A stretch of DNA of 64,000 nucleotides from Narcine bancroftii (taxonomy: Eukaryota). The notes under the pieces are model-generated. The model ran no database searches. It was not told the DNA's origin and worked only from the letters and a program-made list of their open reading frames with translations. The position numbers and the translations under genes were made by a program. Positions 47,501-59,877 of this stretch are shown piece by piece. The stretch lies in assembly GCF_036971445.1 (NCBI RefSeq), contig NC_091469.1, positions 5,828,001 to 5,892,000 on the forward strand, given 5' to 3'. Position 1 is the first letter of the stretch. Every line of letters begins with the position of its first letter.

Positions 47501-49396
47501 CACCACTTTCACGAACCATAAGCCACTAACTTTAGCAAGATATCGGACCAGTGGTCGGACAGGCAGCAATGTCACTTGCTGTACATTTCCAAGTTCACAA
47601 TGGATGTGCATCACGTTTCAGGAAAAAACAATCTGGTCGCTGACATGCTGTCCAGAATGGCAGTGCATCATATCCAGGGTGGCATTGATACCTCTGACTT
47701 GGCAAGTGCACAGGCCGTGAACCCAGACATTCAGGCATACAGAACTGCCATCACAAACCTAGACATACAACATGTGGCACCACAACTGGGTGGGCTGAGT
47801 CTGCTTTGTGACATATCTATGGACGACCCCAGGCTGGTAGCCCCCGCGTCTTGGAGGACAGTGCATTTTTGACAAAGTTTACAACCTGTCCCATCCCTCC
47901 ATCAGAACAACAGTCAAACTCTCGGACTTAAGAAAGACGTTGCAAGTTTTAAATAGGAGAATAAGGAAAATGGTTGATGTTTTAGGAATGTTGTCTTATA
48001 AAGGGTTTAAAATAAGAAAACAGAAATGGAAAAGGAGGAAAGGTAATGATGGAAAAACAGAAAGGGAAGATAAACAAAGTATAAAATGGCTACGTTGAAC
48101 TATATGACTTTAAATATTAATGGAATACATAACCAAATTAAAAGGAAGAAACTGCTAAATTTACTGAAAAAAAAAGACGTTGCGCAGTGAGCCCTGAGGT
48201 GTACCCACTGCCAAACTTCCAAAATTTAGCAGCATACTAAAGCACCTCTCCAGTCTTTCCCAGCAGTGTGCCACATTTTGAGCATTTGCACATAGATGTG
48301 ATCGGACCCCTGCCAGTGTCCCAGAACACGAGATATATCCTCATGGTCATAGACCAATTCACATGATGGCCAGAGGCCATCTCATTGCCATCCACCAACA
48401 CTGAGACATGCACCAGTCCATTCATTGCTAACTGGATCTCAAGATTTGGAGTTCCCACACACATCACCTCAGAGCGCAATTCACCTCCGCATTATGGACT
48501 GCCCTTGCACGCTTTTGTACCACTTGCAGTCCAATGGTCTTGTGGAACGTTTCCACCGGCAACTCAAAACCGCATTCAAAGCCCGACTCACCAGGCCCAA
48601 CTGGGTAGACAAGTTGCCATGGGTTCTGCTGGGAGTGTGCACTGCCTCGATGGAAGATATACCAGAGTTGTCCTCAGAAATGGTTTACAGTTCAGTTCCC
48701 GTCCATCTCCTACCCTTCTGATCTGGACGTCCTTCAGTAGCTTCAACACCACGTTCTTTGTGTTCGTACATATACAGGCCCCAGGAACGCCATTGCAACG
48801 GCCGTATGATGGCCCTTTCCGTGTGATCAAAAGGGATGGAGTTGCATACACTTTAGATATGGGGGGACATTCTCAACTGCTTACTATGGACAGACTCAAA
48901 CCAGCACATGTGGATCCTACTACCCCTATTCACTGCCCCAAGTCCAGGAGAAGAAGGTGTCCGCCTAAAGCACATGAAGCCGGTTCATCTCTTTTGGGCG
49001 ATGATTCTGGGGTGGGTGGTGTAGCTGGCCGAGTGGCCACATAGTGCAGTGGGCTGAACTGTAGTCCATGTGGTTGGCCAAGTGGCTACGCAGCGCCGCT
49101 GGCCTGGTCGCCACTAACTCACCTGGCCGGGGGGTGGGCATGTGGTGGTGCGGGCTTGGTTGCAGTACACTGAGGAGTTGGGTACTCACCTACAAGATGG
49201 CACAGGGCTCCCGTCGTCTTTACTTTAAGACACGTGCCCTTCAGGTGAGTTCAGGCATGGGGTGATGTCACTTCTGGTCCTGGATACCTGGGCCAGAAGG
49301 GATTTAAAAGAGGAGGCAAATTTGAATAAAGAGACTTTGCTGACTAACATCGTGTCTGGTGAATTCATTTAGTAGCTCTTCTGGAGTAGTCACTAT
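44595..49396 (+). mobile_element. Ty3/Gypsy LTR retrotransposon, decayed (gag-PR-RT-RH-IN)
   Basis: LTRs ~44595-44940 and ~49020-49396; PBS TGGTGACCCCGACG (44943-44956); G-rich PPT before 49020; VDAGAELS (PR), MPFGLKNAA/YIDD (RT), SNGLVERFHRQLK and PYDGPF (IN). Confidence 0.93.
47944..48172 (+). mobile_element. Short L1 insertion (inter-ORF spacer plus ORF2 start) with TSD
   Basis: Near-identical to 61700-61911; flanked by AAAGACGTTGC at 47933-47943 and 48173-48183. Confidence 0.88.
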
Positions 49397-49899
49397 TAAT
49401 TTGACTATTACACGTGTATATACGGTAAGTGTATATTTTGATTATTGAAACCAATACAAATTAGCAGTTTAAAAACTACATACTTGAATAAACATTATTA
49501 TATACATGTATTTCTTAATATTTATAAAATATTTGTGTCAAAATGTGCATGTAAGAGTATAAACGTGTATGTAATATTTTTTTTCATGTCTTATGGCTCT
49601 CAGACATCTGAAGTTTAACATATGTGGCTCTTACCTTAAGCAAATTTGGTCATCCCTGCTCTATACCTTCCTCCCCAATATCCCTCCCTCCATATCTCCT
49701 CTCTCTCCTTTCCCTTTATCCCTCCTTCCCCTCAAGCAAATTTGACCACCTCTGCTCTATCCCTTCCTTCTTCTATCCCCCCTTCCCTCCAATCCTTTCT
49801 CCCTCCCCTCCCCTATCCCTCTCTCTCCTTCCCTCTATTTCTTTTTCCCTCCCTCTATAACATTCTCCCTTTTATTTGTCCTTCCCTTCTATTCCTTAC

Positions 49900-50200
49900 C
49901 TGCCGCCCCTCTCACCCTACACCTCCATCCTGTCTCCCTCTATCTCTATCCCTCTCCCTCCATCCCTCTATCCCTCTCCCTTCACCTCGAAGCGCTCCAG
50001 GAACGATGGCTGGATAACCAGAAGTGACGTAACTAGCACCCGGAGGACCAAATGATCCCGCCTGGAGGACCCGCTCTCTCCCGCCCCTCCCGTGACGTCA
50101 GCGCGCTGTAGTCGCCAAGCGCAGGCACCTTCCACCCTCCCTCTGCTATGACATCAGTGCGCTGCTCCCCGACCGCACTGGCTCCTCCCACCCTTTCTCT
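49900..50200 (-). promoter_or_regulatory. Probable RNF20 promoter and non-coding exon 1
   Basis: Local CpG enrichment, TGACGTCA (50093-50100), ETS/CRE-like GAAGTGACGT, CCGCCC; minus-strand donors CAG|gtaagg (49900) and GAG|gtgaag (~49986). Confidence 0.6.
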
Positions 50201-50209
50201 GCTGCGAAC

Positions 50210-50461
50210 TCAAAGTTGGTCCTAAGTTTTACCTTCAAACTTTTTTGGAATTTAAATTTTTGCAAAGTTTGATCGACGGGTCAAAGTCTAAACCAAACGT
50301 TTGTCCAAAGTTTTATCTGCATACATTTTTAGGAGTTTAGTTTTGCAAAGTATGGTTCAATTGGGTTCAGTCTGAACCAAAAGTTTGTCCAACATTTTTA
50401 TTTCCAAACTTCTTTTGGGGTTTACTTTTGCAAAGTTTGCTCCACGGTTCAAAGTCTGAAG
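50210..50461. repeat. ~80-bp AT-rich tandem repeat (~3 units); inverted copy at 56003-56195
   Basis: Repeated TTTTGCAAAGTTTG...CAAAGTCTGAACCAAAAGTTTGTCCAAAGTTTTAT. Confidence 0.8.
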
Positions 50462-50849
50462 ATAGAATATTACAGCCTATGATGTAAAGAGTGAAAACAC
50501 AGAGAAATGCTGGAGGAACTCAGCTTGACTTGCAGCATCCATAGGAGGTAAAAATATTTTATCAACATTTCGAGCTGGAGCCCTTCTTCAAGGTAGAAGC
50601 AATAAGCAGGAAGAGATCTGAACTAGAGAGAGACTTGGATAAACTTGGATATGAAAGAGACAAAACTTGAGGAAAGGAGATGAGATAGAAGATGGGGGAA
50701 TTTTAATAGAAAATGGGGAATTGTAATTGATAAAAATGCTCTTTATTGACTACAGTTCAGTATTTATCAACATAATCTCAAAACTGATTAGCAAATTCCA
50801 AGACTTGGGACTCAATACCACTGTGTAATTGGATACTTGATTTCCTCAC

Positions 50850-51089
50850 TGTGATAGTACAGATCTATCACTAATGTATATAGTGTATGTAGTTACAGTA
50901 TCTAGACTGTGCTTACAGCGATTGGCTGAGAGCTAAGCCACGCCTACTGTTTGGGCCTTAAAGGGTTGTGTCCCAAGCCAGGTTGGATCATTCCGGACTG
51001 GTCGGCCACCTGTGAAGAGCTCCTGTCTTTTGCTAATAAAAGCCTTGGTTTGGATCAACAAGTCTTTGATTCTTTCGACGAGCTCTACG
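50850..51089 (+). mobile_element. Solo LTR (240 bp) with 5-bp TSD
   Basis: TG...CG termini flanked by CTCAC on both sides; contains GCTAATAAAAGC like the 63634-63839 LTR. Confidence 0.85.
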
Positions 51090-51765
51090 CTCACCTCTAG
51101 ACCACAATCAGTGAGGGTTGGTAAGAACATCTCCTCCACAACCTCTCTCAGTAGTGGGTTTTATAAAAAAGGGTGATGAATCAGCATACAGATTGAAAGC
51201 TTGGCTGAATGATGTACAAACAACAACCTTGCACTTGATGTCACCAAAACCAAGGAGCTGATTGTTGACTTAAAGAAGGGAAAACCAGAGATGTATGATC
51301 CAGTGATCATTGGGAGATCAGAAGTGGAGAGGGTGAGCAAATTTAGGTTTTTAGGAGTCAATATCTCGGAGGATCTTTCCTGGACCCACACATTAATGGC
51401 ATTGTGAAGAAAGCTCGTCTGCACCTCTACTTCTTCAGAAACTTGCAGAGGTTTGTTACAAACCCTGGCAAATTTCTACAAGTGTGTGGTGGAAAGTGTG
51501 CTGACTGGCTGCATCACTGTCTGGTATGAGGACACCAATACATTTGAGCATAAAGCCTTGCAAAAGATAGTGAACATAGCCCAGGACTTCACAAGCAAAA
51601 TCCTCCCCACCATCGAAAACATCTACGGGAAACTCTGCCAATGGAGGGCAGCAGCAATCATCAAAGATCCACACCATCCAGCTCCATTGTCTCTGCTACC
51701 ATCAGGAAAGAGGTATTGGTGCCACAACACTCGCACCACCAGGTTTAGGAACAGCTGCTACTCCT

Positions 51766-51992
51766 TGTAATGGTATGGATTGTATATTGTCATTGGCCGA
51801 TAAAGGCACGAGCTGGCCCGCCCCCTGATAACACTCTCCCCTGGACTCCTCCCCTGTGGTCTAGGCCATAAAGGTTGAGCCACCTTTACCTTCCCTGCAC
51901 TTCCCTAGCTTGGATCCAGGCCAGCTCAAGTCTTATGTCCAATAAAGCCTATCGTTCCCCTCAGTCTTTGTCTTTGTAATTATTGGGGCAAC
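51766..51992 (+). mobile_element. Probable solo LTR
   Basis: Starts TGTAATGG; has CATAAA and AATAAA; interrupts Rex1; no clear TSD. Confidence 0.5.
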
Positions 51993-52239
51993 TGGTATTG
52001 CCCAACACCCCTCCGCAATCAGACTCCAATAATAAATTCAATCAGGGCTCTTACATTTGCACTATTTTTTCCTATATTGCACAGTCAGTTTGTTTACATT
52101 TCTTTATTTGTTTACATGTGTACATTTTTACTCTACCAATAAGTGGGAATTCTGCCTTGCCCACAGAAAAAGAATTTCAGAGTTGTATGTGATATCATGT
52201 ATGTACTCTGACAACAAATCTTAAATCTGATCCGAAATC

Positions 52240-52810
52240 AAAGTTGCTTATCATGCCATCCAGTTGGAGAGTACCCAGACAGAATATAAGGTGGTGTTCC
52301 TCCAATTTGCAGGAAACCATGGACAGATGTCAACAAGGGAAATGGGATGGGGAATTGAAATGGGTGGCCACTAGGAGATCCACACTATTGCTGTGGACAG
52401 AACTGAGGTGCTCAACAAAGCAATCTCCCAGTCTGCGTCCAGTCTTTCCGATATAGAGGAGACAAAAGTGGCAGCACTGGATGCCGTAGATGACCCCTGC
52501 AGATTCACAAGTGAAATGTTGCTTCACTTGAAAGGATTGTTTGGAGCCCCAAATGGTGCTGACAGAAGAGATGTGGGCGTAAGTGGAGCATCTCCTAAGG
52601 TCACAGGGGAAGATGTCAGGAGGGCTATTTGTGGGGATGGATGAGTGAATGAGAGAGTCATGGAGGGAGTGGTCCCTGTGGAAGGCGGTGAGGGGAGGAA
52701 AGGGGAATATGTCTGGTAGTTAGATCATGTTGTAGGTGGCGGAAATGGCAGAGGATAATATGTTGAAAATAGAGGATGGTGGGGTGGTAGGTGTGGACAA
52801 GAGGAATCCT
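52240..52810 (-). mobile_element. Penelope-like element fragment (GIY-YIG endonuclease)
   Basis: FTCESAGVIYGIQC...LLYIGKTGRRLGDCFVEH. Confidence 0.85.
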
Positions 52811-52814
52811 TGAT

Positions 52815-53710
52815 GTTATACCAACCTACATTAACCTTCTCAACAATCTAACCCTTCCCTCCCTCACATCCACAACCCTCTATTTTTTCTGCATCCATCT
52901 TTTAAATGTTCCTATTGCACCAGACTCCAGCACCATCCTTGGTAATGCATTCCAGCTCCCACCACTCTCTGTCTAAGAAACTTAGTCCTGACGTTTCCCC
53001 TAAACTTTCCTCCCTTCACTTTGTACAGATGTCCTCTGGTGTTTCCTACTTTTACCTCCGGTGGGGGGGGGGGGGGAAGATGCTGTCTGCCTACCTACCT
53101 CTGCCTCTCATAATCTTGTAGACTTCTATAAACTCACTTCTCACCCTTCTTTGCTCCAAAGAGAAAAGAGTAGAAAAGAGCTCTTTCTACAAAGGTTGTT
53201 TCCCATGGTGGAAGATTCTCAGACATGAGGACACAACTTCAGGATTGAAGGGCATCTGCTTGGACAGAGATGCATAGAAATTTCTTCAGCCAGAGGGTGG
53301 TAAATCTGTGGAAGTTGTTGCCGCAGGCAATTGTGGAGGCCAAGTCAGTGGTGTATTTAAGGTGGAGTCTGATAGGTTGATTAGCCAGGGCATTAAAGGT
53401 TATGGGAAGAAGGCCAGGGAGTGGGACTAGGTGAGAAAATGGATCAACTCATGATTAAATGGTGGGGCAGACTCGATGGGCTGAATAGTCACCTTCTGCT
53501 CCTACCATATAGTCTTATGGTTTAAAAGCACCCCCAGCTCTGTTAAGCTTGCCCCATAAGACATGTTCTCCAATCCAAAAAACATCCTGGTAAATCTCCT
53601 CTGCACCCTCTCCACAGCTTCTACATCCTTCCTATAATGAGGCAACCAGAACTGAACACAATATTCCAAGTGTGCAGCTGCAACATTACCTCACAGCTCT
53701 TGAAGTCAAT
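52815..53710. mobile_element. CR1 (-) fragment with a CR1 (+) tail nested at ~53170-53522
   Basis: CR1 3' motifs on both strands; the minus copy resumes after the insert. Confidence 0.7.
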
Positions 53711-53749
53711 CCCCCGACCATCTCTCCTTGCCACAGTCAGAAGTTCCTA

Positions 53750-54815
53750 TCTGCATCATCCGACTACTCTTCATTGACTACAGCTCAGCTTTCAACACCA
53801 TCATCCCCTCGGTGCTGGTCAACAAGCTCCAAAGCCTGGGCCTCTGGACCCCGCCTCTGCAACTGGATCCTTGACTTCCTCATCAAAAGACCACAGTCAG
53901 TGTGAATCAGAAACCAAATTTCCTCATTAATTATCCACATAGATGCACCTAAGGGATGTGTGCTTAGCCCACTGCTCTACTCACTCTACACCCATGACTG
54001 TGTGGCCAGGCACAATTCAAATGTCATCTGAAAATTTGGTGATGACACCAGGGTCAATGGCAGAATGACTGACAACAATGAGGTAGCATACGGGAGGGAG
54101 ATAGATCAAGTAGTTGAGTGGTACCACAAATTAGCACTCAACATTAATAAAATCAAAGAGATGATTGTGGACTTTGGGAGGAAATGAGGAAAACGCGAAC
54201 CAGTCCTCATAGAGTGGTCAGCGATGGAAAAGGTCAAGAATTTCAAATTCCCACATACCAACAACTCCAAGGATCAGTTCTGGGGCCTCAATATCAACGT
54301 AATCACAAAGAAGGCTCGCTAGTGGCTATACTTCATGAGGAGTTTGAAGAGATTTGTAATATCACCAAAGACTCTTGCAAAGGTGTAGCATGGAGAGCAT
54401 TCTGACTAGTTTCATCACTGTCTGGTATGGAGGTGCCAGGATAGGAAAAAAAACTCCAGAGCATTGTGAACTCACCCAGTGCAATCTCAGGCACCAGTCT
54501 TCACTCCATCGAGGACGTCTACAAGAAACAGATCTTAAGAAAGCAGCCTCCATCCTCAAGGACCCTCACTACCCAGCACACACCCTCTTCACACTGCTGA
54601 AAGAGGTATATGAGGCTGAAGACGAACACACAGCAGCACAAAAGCATCTCCTCTGCCATCAGAAATTCTAAATGGACAATGAACCACAGTCACTACCCTG
54701 CTTCATCCTATTTTCTTGCACTATTTATTTATTTTTGATATATAATTTATGGCAATATTTCAATAACACTGCACAAAACAGAGTTTTGTGACATGTTCAT
54801 GACAATAAATTTTTA
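53750..54815 (+). mobile_element. Rex1/Babar LINE fragment
   Basis: FIDYSSAFNTIIP, LCNWILDFL, GCVLSPLLYSLYT, ESILTSFITVWYG. Confidence 0.85.
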
Positions 54816-54819
54816 TTCT

Positions 54820-56000
54820 GAGTTCTGGTCACCTTATTACAGGAAGAATGTGGGAAGCTATGGAAAGGGTGCAGACAAGATTTTCCAGGATGTTGCTTAA
54901 ATTGGAGAGTGTGTCTTATTAGGCAAGGATTAAGAGCTAGGGATTTTCTCTTTGGAGCTCAGGATGACAGGTGACTTAATAGAGGTTTACAAGATTATTA
55001 GAGGCATAGATAAGTGGACAGCCAGCATAATTTTCCAGGGTAGGAGTACAAGATGATGGGAGGAGTGTGTGTTTTCATGCAGAGAATTATGGGTGCCTGG
55101 AATGCATTGTCAGGGATGGTGGTGGAGGCTAGAACAATAGGGGCATTTAAAAGACTCTTAGACAAGTACATGGATGTAAGAAAAATAGAGGGTTATGGGT
55201 GTGAGGTAGGAATGATTTAATTGACATAGGACGGCACAACTTCATGTCCGAAGGGTCTGTACTGCACTGCAATATTCTATGTTTGTGGAGAAAATTGAAA
55301 ATACCCAGATGCAAAGTGACCTGGGAGTCCTCGTGCATGCTAGCCTGAGAGTAAACTTGCTTGTGGTGAAGATGGCAAATTCAAAGCTAGCATTCAAGGG
55401 ATAAGAGCAGGGATGTGATGTTGAGGCTTTATAAGGCACTAGTGAGATCCCACTTGGAATACTGTTAGCAGTTTTTGGCTCCTCATTTAAGAAAATGAGG
55501 AGAGGGTTCAGGGGAGGTTCATGAGGATGATTCCGGGAATGAAAGGGTTATCACATGAAGAGCATGTATGTGACAACTCTTAATCTGTATTTGTTGGAAT
55601 TTAGGAGAACTAGGGGAGATCTCATTGACACATTTTGAATGTTGAAAGGTGTGGACAGAGTAGATGCAGAAAGGTTGTTTGCCATGGTGGGAGAGTCCAG
55701 GTCAAGAGGGCACAATGTCAGGATTAAAGGGTGTTTGCTTGGAACAGAAATGCAGAGGAATTTCATTTGCCAGAGGCTGATGAATCTATGGTATTTGTTA
55801 CCACAAGTGGTTGTGGAGGCCAAGTCACATGGCGAACTTAAGACAGAGATTGATAGCTTCTTATTTAGACAGGGCGTCAAAGATTACGGAGAGAAGACCG
55901 GGCAATGGGGCTGAGAGGAAAAAATGGATTAGATCATAATTAAATGGCAGGGCAGACTCAATGAGCTGAATAACCTATTCCCGCTCCTATGTGTTGTGGT
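54820..56000 (+). mobile_element. Two tandem CR1 3' fragments
   Basis: CR1 tails ending at ~55280 and ~56000. Confidence 0.8.
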
Positions 56001-56002
56001 CT

Positions 56003-56195
56003 TTTGGTTCAGACAGTGAATAGTGGATCAAATTTCTCAAAATTAAACTCTGAAAATGCTGGAAGATAAAACTTTGTATGAACTTTTGGTTCAGACTTTA
56101 AACCCAAGTGAACCAAACTTAGCAAAAATAAACTTCCAAAAAAAATTGAAGATAAAACTTTTGGTTCAGACTTTGACCCAAGAATTGTCAAACTC
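56003..56195. repeat. ~80-bp tandem repeat, inverted relative to 50210-50461
   Basis: CTTTTGGTTCAGACTTT...GATAAAACTTT units are the reverse complement of the left array. Confidence 0.8.
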
Positions 56196-56329
56196 TACAG
56201 AATTTCAATCAGGACAAACACCACGAACGTCTGGGTGAGACTTCGTATAACCTTTGAACAGTACTCTGCAATCACAATGAAAATATAAAGGTGGACGTGT
56301 GCTTCGAAAACAAACTTTGAGCCTTATTT

Positions 56330-56530
56330 CCCAACAGGTCTGTCTGCCATTGGCTGAAAGTTTGGCCTTCCTTAGCCAATGGGGAAGGGAGGTGTGGTAC
56401 CGCCCACCTCTGTGATGTGTAGGGTGGTTCATTAAGCCAATCCCTCGGGGTTAGAGGCTGGGACTGAGGAGGTAAAGATCGAGGAGTTGGAGGTGAGAAT
56501 CCACGGAGCTGGAAAGGAGGACGAGGTGGG
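56330..56530 (+). promoter_or_regulatory. Putative promoter / first exon of an unidentified + strand gene
   Basis: Three CCAAT/ATTGG boxes, CCGCCC, candidate donors GAG|gtaaag and GAG|gtgggg followed by a purine tract. Confidence 0.4.
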
Positions 56531-56844
56531 GGAGAGGGGAGAGGGAAAAGAGAAGGAGATTAGGGGAAGGGAAGGAGGGGGGAAAGGGGAGGTACAGAGA
56601 GGAGTGGGGAGAGGGGAAGTGGGTAGAGGGTGGTAAGGGGGGAGTTCGGGAGAGGATAGATGGAGTGTTGAGAGGGGGTGGGGAAAGGGGAGGTGGGGAG
56701 AAAGGAGCTGGGATGGATCTCCATGGGGGAGGGTGGTGGTGTGAGGGAGAGAGAGAGAGAGAGAGCGAGCGAGCGAGCGAGCAACATTTGAATTAACCTA
56801 TCAGGATTTTCTTGTCTCCAGCCTGGACTGAGACCAGTTGAATA

Positions 56845-57044
56845 NNNNNNNNNNNNNNNNNNNNNNNNNNNNNNNNNNNNNNNNNNNNNNNNNNNNNNNN
56901 NNNNNNNNNNNNNNNNNNNNNNNNNNNNNNNNNNNNNNNNNNNNNNNNNNNNNNNNNNNNNNNNNNNNNNNNNNNNNNNNNNNNNNNNNNNNNNNNNNNN
57001 NNNNNNNNNNNNNNNNNNNNNNNNNNNNNNNNNNNNNNNNNNNN
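56845..57044. other. Assembly gap (N)
   Basis: Run of N. Confidence 1.
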
Positions 57045-59877
57045 TTGGAGGGAGAACAAATGCTTTAATTAGCTTATAACTATGGGTAGGGTTTCACAGT
57101 AGTCTTCAGAAGGGTTCTGGGTTTAAACAGGAAACCAGGGTTATATGTGAGCAGGTGGGGGTGGAACCAGGAGTCGGGGCCAGTCCATCAGCACAACACC
57201 CTACCAGTGAATCCCAGTTCACTGCATTCACCCCTTCCTGTAGAATTTTGGGGTCGATGAAGGAAGACAAAGAACATGGGTTCAGAAATAAAGTTGAAAA
57301 TTTACAGTTATTTACAGATTTAAGCGGTCCCGGGAATCTCTAGATACTGGTGGAGCGCCTTAGCACTGGGGGGGCCTTGGGCTCCTTAGGACTCCTGGTC
57401 CCCTTGTGAGGGAGGAGAGGCGGGCTGTGTCTCCGGCTCAATGGTGAAGGGGAATGCACTTTCTTCCTGAACCGGATCCCCCGAGGCCCTGACTGGGGGT
57501 GTGAGAATGAGCTCTGTGCCTCGCAGGGCATCTGAGGCAATGGACCCTCTGATCCAGCGGGTGCCAGGTCCTTGATGGAGACGGTGTCCTCTCTGCCATC
57601 CGGGTACTCCACACAGCGCCACATACATGGGATTGGCATGGAGCAGTTTCACCCTTCCACCAGTGGATCAGTCTTGCTTCTCCTCACGTGCTTCCTGAGA
57701 AGGACCAGACCAGGAATGGTGAGTCAGGTTGGAAGTGTAGTTCCAGATGCCAACCTTCTTTCGAAATTGAATAGGAGCTCATGAGGAGTAGCGTTTGGTT
57801 GTGGTACATAGTAGTGACAGATGGAATAGAGGATCATAGGAAGGACTTCCTGCCAGCGTGAGTCTGAAGGCCATTTGGACTTCAGGGCTAGTTTGACAGC
57901 CTTTTCCCTACCCACCCAGACCATGGCGTTCTATTTTCAACCTGTCCATTCCCCCGAAGGTTTGTAACTAGTAGTCCTGCTGGATGCGATGCCTCTTGCC
58001 AGCAGGTACTGATGTAGCTCGTCACTCATAAAGGATGAGGCCCGGTCGCTAAGAATATAGCTGGGATACCCAAACCAGGGCAAAAATGGAATCTAGGGCC
58101 TTTATGACTGACAAAGTGGAAGTGTCTGGACATGGAATGGCAAATGGGAAGCGTGAGTACTCATCAATGACAGACAGGAAGAAGTTGTTCCTGTTTGTAG
58201 AGGGGAGAGGTCCCTTAAAATCCACACTGAGCCGTTGAAGAGTCTGGATGGCTTGATCAGGTGCACCTTTGCTGGGTGGTAAAGTGCGGCTTGCACTCTG
58301 CGCAGACCTGGCAAGACCTGGTCATTTCCCTGACATCTTCCATGGAGTAGGGAAGATTGCATGCCATGACAAAGAGCCATTCGGGTGTCCCCTGGATGGC
58401 AGAGCTCATTATGCAGAGACTGCAGTTGGCCGGTGTGTGCAAAGGCACAGCTTCCTCTGGATAAGGCATCTGGAGGGTCATTAAGGGTTCCTGGACGATA
58501 GGCAATGTCATAATGCCATAGCAATCTTGTCATTTTTGATTTTTCCCATCTTGACATTTTTAAACATGAATGCGACCAAGCGCTGGTCAGTGAGGAGCGT
58601 AAATCTCCTACCAGCCAGGTAGTGTTTCTAGTGCCTCACAGCTTCTACAATGGCTTGAGCCTCATTTTCCACAGAGGGGTTCCAGAGCTCGTGGCTTGCA
58701 ATGTCCGAGGGAAAAAAAATGCAACCAGCCTGCCCACCTGGTTTGGGAGGGTAGCGGGCCAGAGCAATGTCCGAAGCATTGCTTTCCACTTGGAAAGGCA
58801 CTTTCTCGTCCACCCGTGTGCATGGCGGCTTTCGCAATGTGGTTCCGGAGGTAGTTAAAAGCCGTTTGGGTTTCAGTCGAGAGGGAGAAATTAGTTGCTT
58901 TAAAGAGAAGGTGAATCTTATCAATGTATTGAGGGATCCACTGGGCGTAATATGTGAAAAATCCCAGGAATCTCCTCAAAGCCTTTGTGGTCCAGGGGAT
59001 GGGGACCTCTAACAGGGGGCGCATCTTATTGGGATTGGGGCCAATGATGTCATTCTCCACCATGTAGCCCAGGATAGCCAGAGGTTTAGTCCTGAACATA
59101 CACTTGTTCGAGTTATAAGTGAGGTCCAGGGCTTTCGCTGCATGGAGAAAACTCTGGAGGTTGGTGTCATGGTTTTCCAAGATGTGGCCACAGATGGTGA
59201 CGTTATTGAGGTAGGGGAAGGTAGCCTTCAACCCATACTTGTCCACCATTGTCCATCTGTCTCTGGAAGATAGAAACTCCATTAGTGATACCGAAAGGGA
59301 CACTCCAGAATTGATAGAGATGACTGTTAGCCTCAAATGCCTTTTACGGACAGTCCTTGGAACGGATTGGCAGCTGATGATAAGCAGCTTTCAGGTTGAT
59401 GGTCGAATAGACCCAAAACTGCGCAATATCATTCACCATGTCCAAAATTTGAGGGAGGGGTAGGCGTCCAGGAGTGTGCACCGATTTAATAGTTTGGCTA
59501 TAGTCAATTACTAGCCTGGACTTGTTTTTCCCTTTTACCACAACCATTTGCGCTCTCCACAGGCTGGTGCTAGATTCGATGATACCTTCATCAAGCAGAC
59601 ATTGTGTCTCAGACTTTATGAAATCTCAATCTGCTATGCTGTACCTCCTGCTCTTGGTAGCGATAGATTTGCAGTCTGAAGACAGATTGGGAAGAAGAGA
59701 AGTGGGGGGTCGATATTCAGGATGGAGAGGCTGCATGTGGGTTCTGATTTTAGGAGCCCTCTGTTCCGAACCGTTACAGGGGGGAGGGGACCAGAATACT
59801 CCAAGGTCATGCTTTTAAGGTGACACAGGCAGTCCAGACTCAACATCACTGGAGCGCACAATTCATCAAGTATCTAC

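Larger units (their letters stand above)
44086..49658. mobile_element. Non-autonomous hAT element carrying a nested Gypsy provirus
   Basis: Ends CAGGGGTCACCA...TTGGTCATCCCTG, degenerate TSD CTCAATCC/CTCTATAC; terminal regions homologous to 20270-21778. Confidence 0.7.
50735..52235 (+). mobile_element. Rex1/Babar LINE fragment interrupted by two LTR-like insertions
   Basis: DYSSVFINII, KTKELIVD, FYKCVVESVLTGCITVWY, IIKDPHHP, (ATCTGA)n-like tail. Confidence 0.85.
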
